DNA of 64,000 nucleotides from an uncultured virus (IMG/VR IMGVR_UViG_3300010299_000003) (taxonomy: Duplodnaviria > Heunggongvirae > Uroviricota > Caudoviricetes): IMG/VR virus record IMGVR_UViG_3300010299_000003. One strand, written 5' to 3'. Numbering within the stretch: position 1 is the stretch's first letter; the number at the start of each line of letters is the position of its first letter. The notes under the pieces were generated by a model. It made no database searches. It was given only the letters and a program-made list of their open reading frames with translations, and was not told the origin of the DNA. Position numbers and translations under genes: made by a program. This document shows, one piece after another, positions 27,602-36,979 of the stretch.

Positions 27602-28642
27602 ATTACTCTCCTTTTTATTAGAAATTATTTTATCATTTATAGTTTTTTTATACGTTTTTGGATAAGATTGTGCATATAATAGCAATTCAGATATTGGAAT
27701 ATCAACTGATACGCAATCTACTTTTATATTCTCATCTAAACTTTTTAATGCATATAGTTGATGATGACCATCTAATATGTGATTATCAGAAGATACTATA
27801 AAAGGTTTTATAATACCAATGTTATTAGATATTTTTTCAGATTTCTGTTTAACTTTTTCTAAATTAATTTCATTTTGAGTAGGCAATAAAAAATTTACCA
27901 ATATTTTTTTTCTTGTTATTTTTACGTTATTATTTTTTAAATATTCTAAAAAATTTTGTATATCTTGCTCTTTTATTTGAGGCATTTCACTTCTAGGTAT
28001 ATTTAATGTATTTGTTAATTTTTGTATAGATTCAATCATCTCTGTAATTTTAAGAGATTTTCTAATTTTGTCAAACAATTCTTTTTGATATTTTGTGCTT
28101 AATCCAGATAATGTACCCTTTTTAAAAGAATTAAAGTTATTGGATTTTGCAAAATCTCTCATTTTAGATGCGCTCATTCCAGATACTCCTCCAGAATCAG
28201 GATCTCTATTACCTGCACTAATAACATTAAAAGATTGTAAATTCAAACTTTTGGATAAATCTGGATGATTAACATACTTGCCAATAGTTTTCTTAAATTC
28301 CCGAACTCTATCTTGACCAACAACCATAACTATATCGGTATATCCCATATTTTCTAAATGTTTTATGGCATCAAATGGTGTTTTTATAGAAGAATCATTA
28401 ATAATATTTTTTGAAATTTTTGGCACACCCAAAGAAATATATTTTTCTTTATCTTTTGACGATAAAGGATTTTTTCTACTATCTTGAGTTTGTGATAAAA
28501 ATAAAAATGGAGTTGAATTAGTGCTATTTGCAGTTGATAATAATTTATTAATTAACTTTTCGTGACCAACAGTAGGGGGATTCATTCTACCGAATGACAT
28601 TACAGCTTTTTTAGTTTTTACTATTTCATTGAGAAGTTTCAT
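27395..28642 (-). CDS. HIGH-family nucleotidyltransferase (cytidyltransferase-like) fused to a ParB/Srx-like domain
   Basis: FGRMNPPTVGH, KNPL, VVGQDR, SASKMR; then PRSEMPQI, PTQNEI, VSSDNHILDGHH. Confidence 0.85.
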   Translation of the reverse strand: MKLLNEIVKTKKAVMSFGRMNPPTVGHEKLINKLLSTANSTNSTPFLFLSQTQDSRKNPLSSKDKEKYISLGVPKISKNIINDSSIKTPFDAIKHLENMGYTDIVMVVGQDRVREFKKTIGKYVNHPDLSKSLNLQSFNVISAGNRDPDSGGVSGMSASKMRDFAKSNNFNSFKKGTLSGLSTKYQKELFDKIRKSLKITEMIESIQKLTNTLNIPRSEMPQIKEQDIQNFLEYLKNNNVKITRKKILVNFLLPTQNEINLEKVKQKSEKISNNIGIIKPFIVSSDNHILDGHHQLYALKSLDENIKVDCVSVDIPISELLLYAQSYPKTYKKTINDKIISNKKESNMKTLNDILQEADVPTVTDRVKEKQEREKEQLSIKHSRELERAKEQDFENKQNEVRQKEKEKLIKKSTD

Positions 28643-28644
28643 AA

Positions 28645-28887
28645 TTAATTTGCATGGGCAACTTTAACAGCTTTTACATCTGATGTTGCAACAACTAAAT
28701 GACTTGCTTGTTTCTGCAAATGTATAATTTCACCTTCAGCAAGAGTTACTGAAGATACCGTAGTTGCACCATCTTTAACTTCAACTAGCACATCAACACC
28801 AGAATTATAGAGTCTAACTACAGTAGCTTGTTCCACATCTGTAGCAACTCCTAAATCAGTTTCTTCTGCTAATAATTTTACTATCAT
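28645..28887 (-). CDS. Small beta-rich putative virion protein
   Basis: AGGAG SD; ATVVRLYN..TLAEGE..K..VKVA. Confidence 0.7.
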   Translation of the reverse strand: MIVKLLAEETDLGVATDVEQATVVRLYNSGVDVLVEVKDGATTVSSVTLAEGEIIHLQKQASHLVVATSDVKAVKVAHAN

Positions 28888-28901
28888 AATTTTCTCCTAT
28901 A

Positions 28902-29300
28902 TTAATCATCTAATAAATCTGATACTGATTTTTTAGCCCAAAATTTACAAGACCAGTAGTTAGCTTTCCATTTAGGGCCAGGATCTGCACAATTATGTCT
29001 TGCTCTGTAATTTTCCCTTCTTTTAGGATCGTCACGTTTTATTTCCATATTAGGATCACCAAAAGTAACTTTTACTACATTACCTTTATCATTTTTAACA
29101 TATACTGCAAACTTTTTAGGGCCATCTGGAGTTCTGAATGGATTATTTAATGTAACTTTTTTACCTTCATATTCAGCCTCTTCTTGCAATTCATCATCCT
29201 CTTTCATGCAAGATCCCTTTTCATAGGGCTTTTTTCCAGGAGTAGGTTTATAACCTTTCCAACATCGACTTTCTATTAAAAAATGTTTAAAACTCTTCAT
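28902..29300 (-). CDS. Putative internal head protein
   Basis: MKSFKHFLIE, CWKGY..GSC module, EAEYEGKKVTLNNP..VYVKN..RARHNC..YWSC. Confidence 0.8.
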   Translation of the reverse strand: MKSFKHFLIESRCWKGYKPTPGKKPYEKGSCMKEDDELQEEAEYEGKKVTLNNPFRTPDGPKKFAVYVKNDKGNVVKVTFGDPNMEIKRDDPKRRENYRARHNCADPGPKWKANYWSCKFWAKKSVSDLLDD

Positions 29301-29301
29301 A

Positions 29302-30513
29302 TTAAAACTTACTAATATTAAAATTTGCTCTACTAAATTCTAGTCTATCTACTAACTTAAATGCATTACCCAAATGATCTACTGCAACAAAACCTTCTGG
29401 TGCAGTCACTTTAAATCCATCTGGAGTTTCCAAAAAAGTACCAATCGAATTAACTGTATTTAGTTTTTTCAAAAAAACCATTTTTACATCTATTATTGTT
29501 GCCGATATAAGAAACATATTCAATATATCAGATTTATGAATATCTATAAAACTCAATATATCTTTTAACTTATCTAATTTTCTAGATTTTGCCACATCTG
29601 TTTTTAGTTTATCTACCTCATTTTTTAATTTACTTTTGATAAAATCGATTAATCCATTAGCATATTTTTTTGTTGAAGATATGTTTTGTCCATCTTTTAT
29701 TTTAGAGTTGATATACATTTTTATCATAGATACTAATTCAGTATTAGATATTATATTTGATATACTACTAGAATTTAATTTTGAAACAAGAGAATTTAAC
29801 AATTCTATTCTATCATTTACATATTTAAGTTCTGTTTTAGTCATTGTCGCAGTTCCTGTATTATCTCGAAAATCAGCATCTGTTACCCAAACATTAGAAT
29901 TTTTTTTCAAGCCAGAAATATTGACTCCTATAGAAGCTGAAAGTTCTTTTATACTTTTTCCAGAATAAGAAGTATGAAATACTATTCCTATTTTTGAAGT
30001 TAAGATTTTATTAGCAAGATCTGAATTTTGAGGAACTGCATAAGTTATAGTATTTGGTTTAAATGCTATCAAATTTTCACCACCATGTGAAATTTTTTTA
30101 ACATCTCCAGTGGTAAATAATAAATCACCTTGAATAACTCCCCTTATTCCAAGTTTTGATAAATGTTCTAGTGCTATTGTTAATTTTGTTGCAAGTTCTC
30201 CAGCACCATGATTTTTTAGAATATCAGATTTTGTATAGTTTATTTTTGGCTCTTTATTAAATACAGATTTTGTACCAACAAAAAATTTTTTATTTTCTGG
30301 ATTAATACCACAAACTATTGCTGGAGCACCATCCCATTTTACAGATAAATTTATTGATTTATTTGAATTTCCTTTAAACATTTCTAAAAGTGTTTTTAAG
30401 AATATTATAGAAGAATTGATTCCAGAAACTCCAGAAATAAAAACATAATCTTCTAAATGTTCTAAATGTGTGTTTTTACTAGATTCTAATAAAAACTGTT
30501 TAAAATTTTTCAT
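29302..30513 (-). CDS. KxDG ligase/nucleotidyltransferase-like protein (probably DUF6267-like) with capsid-targeting-like peptide
   Basis: MKNFKQFLLE; HLEHLED, VKWDGAPA, QGDLLF, PEGFV, KLVDRLEFS. Confidence 0.75.
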   Translation of the reverse strand: MKNFKQFLLESSKNTHLEHLEDYVFISGVSGINSSIIFLKTLLEMFKGNSNKSINLSVKWDGAPAIVCGINPENKKFFVGTKSVFNKEPKINYTKSDILKNHGAGELATKLTIALEHLSKLGIRGVIQGDLLFTTGDVKKISHGGENLIAFKPNTITYAVPQNSDLANKILTSKIGIVFHTSYSGKSIKELSASIGVNISGLKKNSNVWVTDADFRDNTGTATMTKTELKYVNDRIELLNSLVSKLNSSSISNIISNTELVSMIKMYINSKIKDGQNISSTKKYANGLIDFIKSKLKNEVDKLKTDVAKSRKLDKLKDILSFIDIHKSDILNMFLISATIIDVKMVFLKKLNTVNSIGTFLETPDGFKVTAPEGFVAVDHLGNAFKLVDRLEFSRANFNISKF

Positions 30514-30545
30514 AATTTCATATAATTTTACTTATCATAATTAAG

Positions 30546-30553
30546 TATTTATA
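30546..30553 (-). promoter_or_regulatory. Late promoter TATAAATA heading the internal-protein block
   Basis: Exact consensus 32 bp upstream of 30513. Confidence 0.7.
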
Positions 30554-30563
30554 TATGAATTGA

Positions 30564-31973
30564 TTACCAATCAAAGTCATCTATATCTTTAGCTTCAGAC
30601 ATCATAGAACTACCAAACTTTGATTTATCAAAAACTGACTTATCATCTTTTTTTGTTAGATCGGTATCAATCAATTCATTTTGTGCAGAATCATCTAAAT
30701 CGAATAATCTCATTTTTGATCTATCAATACCAAGAACAAATCTACGCAAAACTGAAATATCATTATATCTATTTTTTAATTGCTTTACTAATATTTGACC
30801 TAATTGTTCCAATTCTTCTGTAGTAGATAATGCTATCATAAAATCAGCAGTAGCAGGCAATCCAAAAGATTCTGAAGTATTTTCTAAACCAATATCACTA
30901 GAAACATAACCTTGTCTATTTGTTTGAGTTGCAGTCCAGATAGGAACATTATATTCAACCGCAAGACCTCTAAATTCTTCTGCTATACTTTTAACATAAG
31001 CATAGCTATTAGTATGATTAGCATTACTTAAACGAGCACTAGAAGCAATATTCAAATAGTCTATTATTATAACATCTGGAACAAAACTTTTTTTCAATAA
31101 AAGTTCATTGAGTAGTGATCTAAAATGATTTGTTGTTGCTGTAGCAGTTGGATACTCTTTTACAATTAATTGACCCACTGTTTTTGATTTAACATTACTA
31201 ATCTTTTTATCATACATTTCTTTAGAAATTTTTTGAAGATCAGATAAACTAACATTTAAGAGATTTGCATCTATTCTTTCTGCAATTCTATTTTCTGACA
31301 TTTCTAATGTTATATACAAAACATTCTTTCCTGACATAAAATAGCTAGAAGCCATATGACAAAGAGCTAGTGATTTACCAACAGCAGTTCCTGCAAGTAT
31401 AACATTAAGAGTTTTTCTGGGTACACCATCTTTTGTTATTTTATTCATACAATCTAAATCAAAAGGAAACTTTTCTTCTACTTTATGATAAAAATCATAT
31501 CTAGAATCAGTGTCTTCTAGATAGCTGTGGCCTATGTGAGGATCAAAAGATACTGATAAAGCATCTGTTAATATTTTAGGTATTGTGCCCCTACTTAATT
31601 TACCACCCTTATCATCAGCAATTTTTATACTATCCATCAAAGCAATATAAATTGCACGATCTTTACACCACTCTTCTGTTTGATCAATTAACCATTTTTG
31701 ATTTGTTTCACTTTTTTCTAACGATAAAATTATCTCTTTGCAATTATTTTCTATAGAATCAAATAGTTTTTTATCATTTGATATATTAATTATTAGTGAT
31801 TCTTTTGTAGGCAAAGAATCATATGTAAGTATAAAATGTGATATTTTATCATAAATTATTTTTTCTGCTTCATTTGAGAAATATTCTTTTTTTATGAAAG
31901 GTAAAACTTTTCTGCAATAATCTTCATTATAAATCAAATTAGTTAATATAATTGATTCTATATTGTCATTCAT
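30564..31973 (-). CDS. gp41: Replicative DNA helicase gp41
   Basis: AGTAVGKS, YITLEM, VKEYPT, IDYLNI, ATQTNR, ESFGLPATAD, KQLKNRY. Confidence 0.97.
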   Translation of the reverse strand: MNDNIESIILTNLIYNEDYCRKVLPFIKKEYFSNEAEKIIYDKISHFILTYDSLPTKESLIINISNDKKLFDSIENNCKEIILSLEKSETNQKWLIDQTEEWCKDRAIYIALMDSIKIADDKGGKLSRGTIPKILTDALSVSFDPHIGHSYLEDTDSRYDFYHKVEEKFPFDLDCMNKITKDGVPRKTLNVILAGTAVGKSLALCHMASSYFMSGKNVLYITLEMSENRIAERIDANLLNVSLSDLQKISKEMYDKKISNVKSKTVGQLIVKEYPTATATTNHFRSLLNELLLKKSFVPDVIIIDYLNIASSARLSNANHTNSYAYVKSIAEEFRGLAVEYNVPIWTATQTNRQGYVSSDIGLENTSESFGLPATADFMIALSTTEELEQLGQILVKQLKNRYNDISVLRRFVLGIDRSKMRLFDLDDSAQNELIDTDLTKKDDKSVFDKSKFGSSMMSEAKDIDDFDW

Positions 31974-32316
31974 TATCTTTTACCAGTTCCAAATACAATT
32001 TACCATCTTCTGATTTTGTTTTATCTAGATTATCTTCTATTATATCAAGAAGTATTCTTGTTAGCAAGGTTTGCATTTCATTTTCTTTTTCATCAGGAAG
32101 TTCAACTCCACGCAATCTATCTGGAACGTATAATATATCAGTTTCAAAAGTTATTTTTTGAGTTCCAGAATCATCATTAATGCTAAACTTACCATATGAT
32201 AAAATTATCTCATCAAATGGCTCACAAGGTTTCAATAGTTTAACACACCATTTTTTTAAATCATTTTGATCTAAAACTACTTGATAATAATCTTTTATAT
32301 TTTTAATGTGCTTCAT
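31966..32316 (-). CDS. Hypothetical protein (gene 40 position)
   Basis: Lies between uvsX and 41. Confidence 0.65.
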   Translation of the reverse strand: MKHIKNIKDYYQVVLDQNDLKKWCVKLLKPCEPFDEIILSYGKFSINDDSGTQKITFETDILYVPDRLRGVELPDEKENEMQTLLTRILLDIIEDNLDKTKSEDGKLYLELVKDNE

Positions 32317-33370
32317 TTAACATCTCTTCCAAAACATCTTCTGTTTCTATAGAAGAACCATAGGAATATTCTTTTTGTGCGGCTTCATCAATTTTTTGAA
32401 GAACCTCTTCAGTAAAATACTTTTCAGGATTATTTATTATATGCTTTTCAAAATGAGTTGTACCATCAGCAACTTCAATTTTAGTAGACATTTTTTTAAA
32501 TATTCCATGCTCTAATGCAAGATCTATTAAACCATAATATCTATCTAACCCTTTATCATATGACAACATTACACTAGCTTGAGTATTTTCTTTAGTCAAA
32601 CGAGACTTTAAATTTTTACATCTAATAAAAATTCCAGTGACATTACCAGAAGAATCTTTATTTTTAGACTTAGATAAAGCAATAATATTATTTGCGGCAT
32701 ATTTTAATCCACCACCGCCACCCATTTCTTTAGATGGAAACATACCCATAGTTGTATACACATGATTAGTTACAAGCAGTGGTATTTTTGCTTTACTAAG
32801 TTTTAATGTTAATACACGAAATGCGGCTCTTATTTCAGCAGTTCGTGTCATATCTTTAACTTCTTTACCAGTACCAGAATCATTCATTTCTTTTGTAGTA
32901 GATAACATACCCAGAGAATCTAATACCATCATTAATGGTCGTCTTTCATTATCTGATGTAGATAGATGATTTTCAACTATTTTTAATGCCTGTGTTTTAA
33001 ATTGCTGAACAGTTTCTACAGGAACTATTAGAACTCTTTTGGTATCCACACCTCTAGTTTCTAAAATTTCTTTTGTGATTGAGCCTTCAGATTCAAATAT
33101 TATACTAACAGCACTTTCATTAACATCTAAAAAGTTCTTTACAATACCTAAAGCAAAGAATGTTTTACCAGTTGCTTCTTCACCAGCAAGTGCGCTAATC
33201 TTGTTTGCTGGCATTCCTTTATAGATGCTACCAGAATAAAGTGCATTAAGTGCATACGAACCTGTATCAATAAAGCCTACTACGTCAGCAGACGTACCTT
33301 CATCAGCAACAGTAGCATATTCATTATCTAAAACTTTTAGAACATCAGTAAATATATTTTTCTTAGCCAT
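32303..33370 (-). CDS. uvsX: RecA-like recombinase UvsX
   Basis: DTGSYALN, AGEEATGKT, LDSLGML, DMTR, TNHVY, MGGG.GLKY, KSRL. Confidence 0.96.
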   Translation of the reverse strand: MAKKNIFTDVLKVLDNEYATVADEGTSADVVGFIDTGSYALNALYSGSIYKGMPANKISALAGEEATGKTFFALGIVKNFLDVNESAVSIIFESEGSITKEILETRGVDTKRVLIVPVETVQQFKTQALKIVENHLSTSDNERRPLMMVLDSLGMLSTTKEMNDSGTGKEVKDMTRTAEIRAAFRVLTLKLSKAKIPLLVTNHVYTTMGMFPSKEMGGGGGLKYAANNIIALSKSKNKDSSGNVTGIFIRCKNLKSRLTKENTQASVMLSYDKGLDRYYGLIDLALEHGIFKKMSTKIEVADGTTHFEKHIINNPEKYFTEEVLQKIDEAAQKEYSYGSSIETEDVLEEMLNEAH

Positions 33371-33381
33371 AGTTTCTCCTA
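33337..33381. repeat. 45-bp perfect direct repeat, copy 1 (uvsX SD and first 11 codons)
   Basis: ttagaacatcagtaaatatatttttcttagccatagtttctccta, identical to 34598-34642. Confidence 0.95.
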
Positions 33382-33426
33382 CAAATTTTATATTAAATAA
33401 TACTACAGCAACAGAGTATATTCAAC

Positions 33427-34509
33427 TTATTTTTTTAGATAATATAAGTATTCCTTTAATTGTGGCTTTTTTACAGAATATTTTCCTTCTTTTGTTACCA
33501 TTTTTCCCTGTACATTTGTTTTATATTCTTTTTCATATACGACTATTTTATAATCTTTACAAAAATCTAGTACATCTTCTTTACTTACTACGGCTTGATT
33601 GGATAGTGAGATAAAAATATGTTTACCATTTGCCACATCAAATAATTTTTTAATAAGTGGTAAAAAAGTTTCTTTTTTATTAACTTCAAATTTATCAGTA
33701 TTGGCTTTACTATCTACTCTTCGATTTGCTTTACCAAATATTTCAGGTTCATCATTTAATACTAGCGTGTTCCAAAAATGATAAAATGCAGAGTATCTAG
33801 TAGCAACTGGAACGTGGTGATTTATTGTTCCGTATGGTGGATCAAAATAAAATACATCGTGATAATCAGATATGTAATCAAATATATCTCCAGTTAAAAC
33901 TTTATTAAATTTTTTATTATGTGAGGGTGGGGCTTCAATTTTTTTATAAGTTAAAGCATTTTGTGAGTTGGGAGAAAACTTTTTAAAATACCCATTTTGA
34001 TGTCCAGGAGATGATTGCACTTTTGCGGCGGCAATCATTAAATAATATAAGTATTCGTAACTTAAATTATTTTCTGAAATAAAATCTCTTATTGCCTGTA
34101 TTTTTTCCGCATTTTCTTTTGTAAATAATCTAGTTTTACCATCAGATTGAATTGATGATGAATTTGTGCCAAGTTTTCCACCGTAGGTTTCTGATAAAAA
34201 ACCACATTTTGGAGGAAGGCAATTAATTTCAGATATTATTTTATCATCCACATTAACATCATTTAATAATGCTTTACCAAGTACAAAAGAATATTTTTGT
34301 TTATCAACAGCGGTAACAGATTTATAGTAGGATTGCACTGCCGCACCAACTCGATGAGAACCACAAAACCCATCAAAAAATGTTAAGTTTTTATTACAAG
34401 GAATATGCGTAAACAAAAACGGAAGTAATTTTGTTTTTGCTCCCATATAATTAATAGACTCTATCTTAGAAAAATTAATTGTGTTAGTTTGCTTAACAAA
34501 TTGTTTCAT
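33427..34509 (-). CDS. DNA adenine methyltransferase, alpha/D12 class
   Basis: NYMGAK, DGFCGS (motif I), YFDPPY (motif IV), Y..FYH. Confidence 0.88.
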   Translation of the reverse strand: MKQFVKQTNTINFSKIESINYMGAKTKLLPFLFTHIPCNKNLTFFDGFCGSHRVGAAVQSYYKSVTAVDKQKYSFVLGKALLNDVNVDDKIISEINCLPPKCGFLSETYGGKLGTNSSSIQSDGKTRLFTKENAEKIQAIRDFISENNLSYEYLYYLMIAAAKVQSSPGHQNGYFKKFSPNSQNALTYKKIEAPPSHNKKFNKVLTGDIFDYISDYHDVFYFDPPYGTINHHVPVATRYSAFYHFWNTLVLNDEPEIFGKANRRVDSKANTDKFEVNKKETFLPLIKKLFDVANGKHIFISLSNQAVVSKEDVLDFCKDYKIVVYEKEYKTNVQGKMVTKEGKYSVKKPQLKEYLYYLKK

Positions 34510-34631
34510 AGTATATCATCAAAATTTCTACCAATATTTTTAGATGCACAAAGCAATCTTTCTTCAGCTAATTTAATATACTATGGATTTAGTTCTATTA
34601 GAACATCAGTAAATATATTTTTCTTAGCCAT
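34506..34631 (-). pseudogene. Chimeric remnant: uvsX N-terminus joined to the C-terminus of a beta-class methyltransferase
   Basis: Reads MAKKNIFTDVL-IELNP*YIKLAEERLLCASKNIGRNFDDIL*; internal TAG at 34581-34583. Confidence 0.7.
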
Positions 34632-34642
34632 AGTTTCTCCTA
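34598..34642. repeat. 45-bp perfect direct repeat, copy 2
   Basis: Identical to 33337-33381. Confidence 0.95.
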
Positions 34643-35383
34643 TAAAGTCTTATATTTTATATTAACACAATCAAGGGTGTTTAGTCTAGTTTTAATTATA
34701 TCAAAATAATTTGGATCTTTTTCTATTCCAATAAATTTTCGATTTAAATTTTTTGATGCCACAAGAGTTGATCCACTGCCAGCAAAACAATCCAAAACAA
34801 CTTGTCCTTCAGTAGTATACGTTTTGATCAAGTACTCTAACAAATCAACTGGCTTCTGGCTAGAATGAACTCGTGAGTAATTATCTACACAGTCAAATTG
34901 TAACACATTGTTTGGAAATCGAGTGGTTTTTCCACCCTCATAGTTACGTTTATTTTTACCGTGATATGCAACACCATTTGAACAACCCTTTGCTGAGTTT
35001 GTTGGAATATGACCATCTGTAATTTGTGGATGATAAATTTTTCCCCCAAATATACAAATTTCTTCGACCTTTCGTATAGGCATCCGTTTTGCATGAAAAA
35101 AATTTGTACCTTGATTCTTGATCCAATACCAACAATATCGAAACTGTTTTATATTTGATGTGATGACTTGAGTAGTAAATGGTTGACTACCAAAAATAGC
35201 TACACAAGAATTTTCCGTAAGTATTCTATTGAAGTGTGGCCACAAAAAATCAAACGAAACAACAGAGTCCCATTCTGGTGCAGTCATTCCGTAGGGCGGA
35301 TCTGTTAATATAAAATCAACACTAGAGTCTGGTATCGTCGGTAGTATACTTAAACAATCGCCCAATAAAACAGAATTGCTCAT
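34640..35383 (-). CDS. DNA amino-methyltransferase (N4C/N6A), beta class
   Basis: GDCL, TDPPY, W.K, HSSQKP, LDCFAGSGST, GIEKD. Confidence 0.92.
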   Translation of the reverse strand: MSNSVLLGDCLSILPTIPDSSVDFILTDPPYGMTAPEWDSVVSFDFLWPHFNRILTENSCVAIFGSQPFTTQVITSNIKQFRYCWYWIKNQGTNFFHAKRMPIRKVEEICIFGGKIYHPQITDGHIPTNSAKGCSNGVAYHGKNKRNYEGGKTTRFPNNVLQFDCVDNYSRVHSSQKPVDLLEYLIKTYTTEGQVVLDCFAGSGSTLVASKNLNRKFIGIEKDPNYFDIIKTRLNTLDCVNIKYKTL

Positions 35384-36483
35384 AAATCATCAAAGCTCAT
35401 TTTTCTTTCAGTAGACCAGTTAATTGCGTTTAGAACAATCTTTAAAGGATCTATAAATGTCTTTTCAAACTGTAAATCATAATCAATATACTTGTGCAAT
35501 CCAAGCTCTTTCGGCAACCCCTCTTCACTCATTGTAATAACATTCTGTTGTATAATATTTGGTTCTTTCAAGTATATAAATTTTATCTTATCTCCTTCGT
35601 GAATGCAAGGATATTTTCTATCTAATTTATGGTCTTTTATTAGCTTGTTATAAACTAAAGCACCTCTAACGTGAATTGGTGTGCCTTTTTTGTAAATCAT
35701 TTTGTGATCAAAATATTTACTAACCCCATTACATCCACGAGGAAAAGCAATATCTTCTGGATTTAACTTTAGAAATTGATCTTTAAAGTTATTAATATAT
35801 TTGTGCAAATCACTTTGAGTTTTTGTCAATATGAGTTCAATGGCATCTTTAATTTTCTGTCTACAAACTTCTGGTGTAGATGATTTAACAGCTTCAATTC
35901 CCTGAATTTTTAGTTTTGGTGTCTCATATCTAACACCTTCATTATCATATACATTCAATATGTATCTTTTCTTAGCAGTCCATATTGCTTTATCTGCTAT
36001 AGACTCTCTCTTCATTACCATCTTTTGATGTCTAGCATTAAGATAATTTTTAAGAGACTTACAACTATTATCGATTATTTGCTGTATTTTTGTATCAGAA
36101 ACTTTGTCTAAGAAATCAATTATTTTAGTCTTATCATCTGGTAGTTTAGGGAAGATCTTATCTACCATATTTTTTAGATTTAGATAAATCGAATCTGTAT
36201 CTATAGCAATAACATAATCAAAACTATTAGTCTTCAATAATTTATTAAGATATTCATTAACATCTTTTGCAATCCACTGTATCACTAATTGACCAGATAA
36301 AGTTACAGCTTCTGCTAGTCTAACATCATAAAATCTAAAGTATTGATTCCCCATAGCACCATATGCGGAATTGAGTTGTATCTTTTTAGTTAATTGATAA
36401 TTATGATATTTTGATATTTCAAATTGTAACTTTCTTTTATATTCCTTTAGTTCAGAATCAGACAGTTTTTTCAAATCTTTCAT
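35380..36483 (-). CDS. gp43B: Family B DNA polymerase, C-terminal subunit (gp43B)
   Basis: KKIQLNSAYG (motif B), IDTDS (motif C), KKRY, GIEAVKSSTP, clamp-binding tail MSFDDL. Confidence 0.95.
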   Translation of the reverse strand: MKDLKKLSDSELKEYKRKLQFEISKYHNYQLTKKIQLNSAYGAMGNQYFRFYDVRLAEAVTLSGQLVIQWIAKDVNEYLNKLLKTNSFDYVIAIDTDSIYLNLKNMVDKIFPKLPDDKTKIIDFLDKVSDTKIQQIIDNSCKSLKNYLNARHQKMVMKRESIADKAIWTAKKRYILNVYDNEGVRYETPKLKIQGIEAVKSSTPEVCRQKIKDAIELILTKTQSDLHKYINNFKDQFLKLNPEDIAFPRGCNGVSKYFDHKMIYKKGTPIHVRGALVYNKLIKDHKLDRKYPCIHEGDKIKFIYLKEPNIIQQNVITMSEEGLPKELGLHKYIDYDLQFEKTFIDPLKIVLNAINWSTERKMSFDDL

Positions 36484-36493
36484 ATGAAGTATA

Positions 36494-36979
36494 CTAGCAA
36501 AAATTTATCACGATGTCATCTTTTTCTGAATTATACTTAACTATATTAACTCCACCATTAAGCAAGATTCTTTTAGCACCTTCCATTGATACTCTATATC
36601 TATCTGTTGGTGCATGTTTTAAATAAACTAATTTTTTTATACCAGATTGAACTATAGATTTTGCACAATCTGCACACGGAAACCAATTTAAATACATAGT
36701 ACAATTTTTAACAGATTCTGATGAATGATGAATTGCATTAGGTTCTGCATGTATTATATACATATACTTATTTTCTAATGGATCTTCAGAATCTTTTCCC
36801 CAAGAAAATACTTCATCGTTATTCATATCATTAATTGTTTTTGGCATACCATTCCAACCAACACCAATAATTCTATTATCTTCACTTACTATACAAGCAC
36901 CAACTTTAGTTTTATCTTTACTTCTATGAGAACTTAATACAGCAACTCCCATAAAAAACTGTTCGGAATTAATATTCAT
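36494..36979 (-). CDS. cd: dCMP deaminase
   Basis: RSKD..KVGACIV, GWNGMP, HAEPNA, PCADC. Confidence 0.92.
   Translation of the reverse strand: MNINSEQFFMGVAVLSSHRSKDKTKVGACIVSEDNRIIGVGWNGMPKTINDMNNDEVFSWGKDSEDPLENKYMYIIHAEPNAIHHSSESVKNCTMYLNWFPCADCAKSIVQSGIKKLVYLKHAPTDRYRVSMEGAKRILLNGGVNIVKYNSEKDDIVINFC

Noticed and set aside
34581..34583. Amber (TAG) recoding suggested by the in-frame TAG in the chimeric ORF
   Set aside because: Core genes are uninterrupted under the standard code, and gp32 and uvsY end in TAG at their expected C-termini. The TAG is better explained as decay.
33427..35383. Complete restriction-modification system
   Set aside because: No endonuclease gene is adjacent; these are orphan methyltransferases.
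36484..36979. Group I intron or split intein joining gp43A and gp43B
   Set aside because: The gap is fully occupied by the dCMP deaminase ORF, and neither half has intein terminal motifs.
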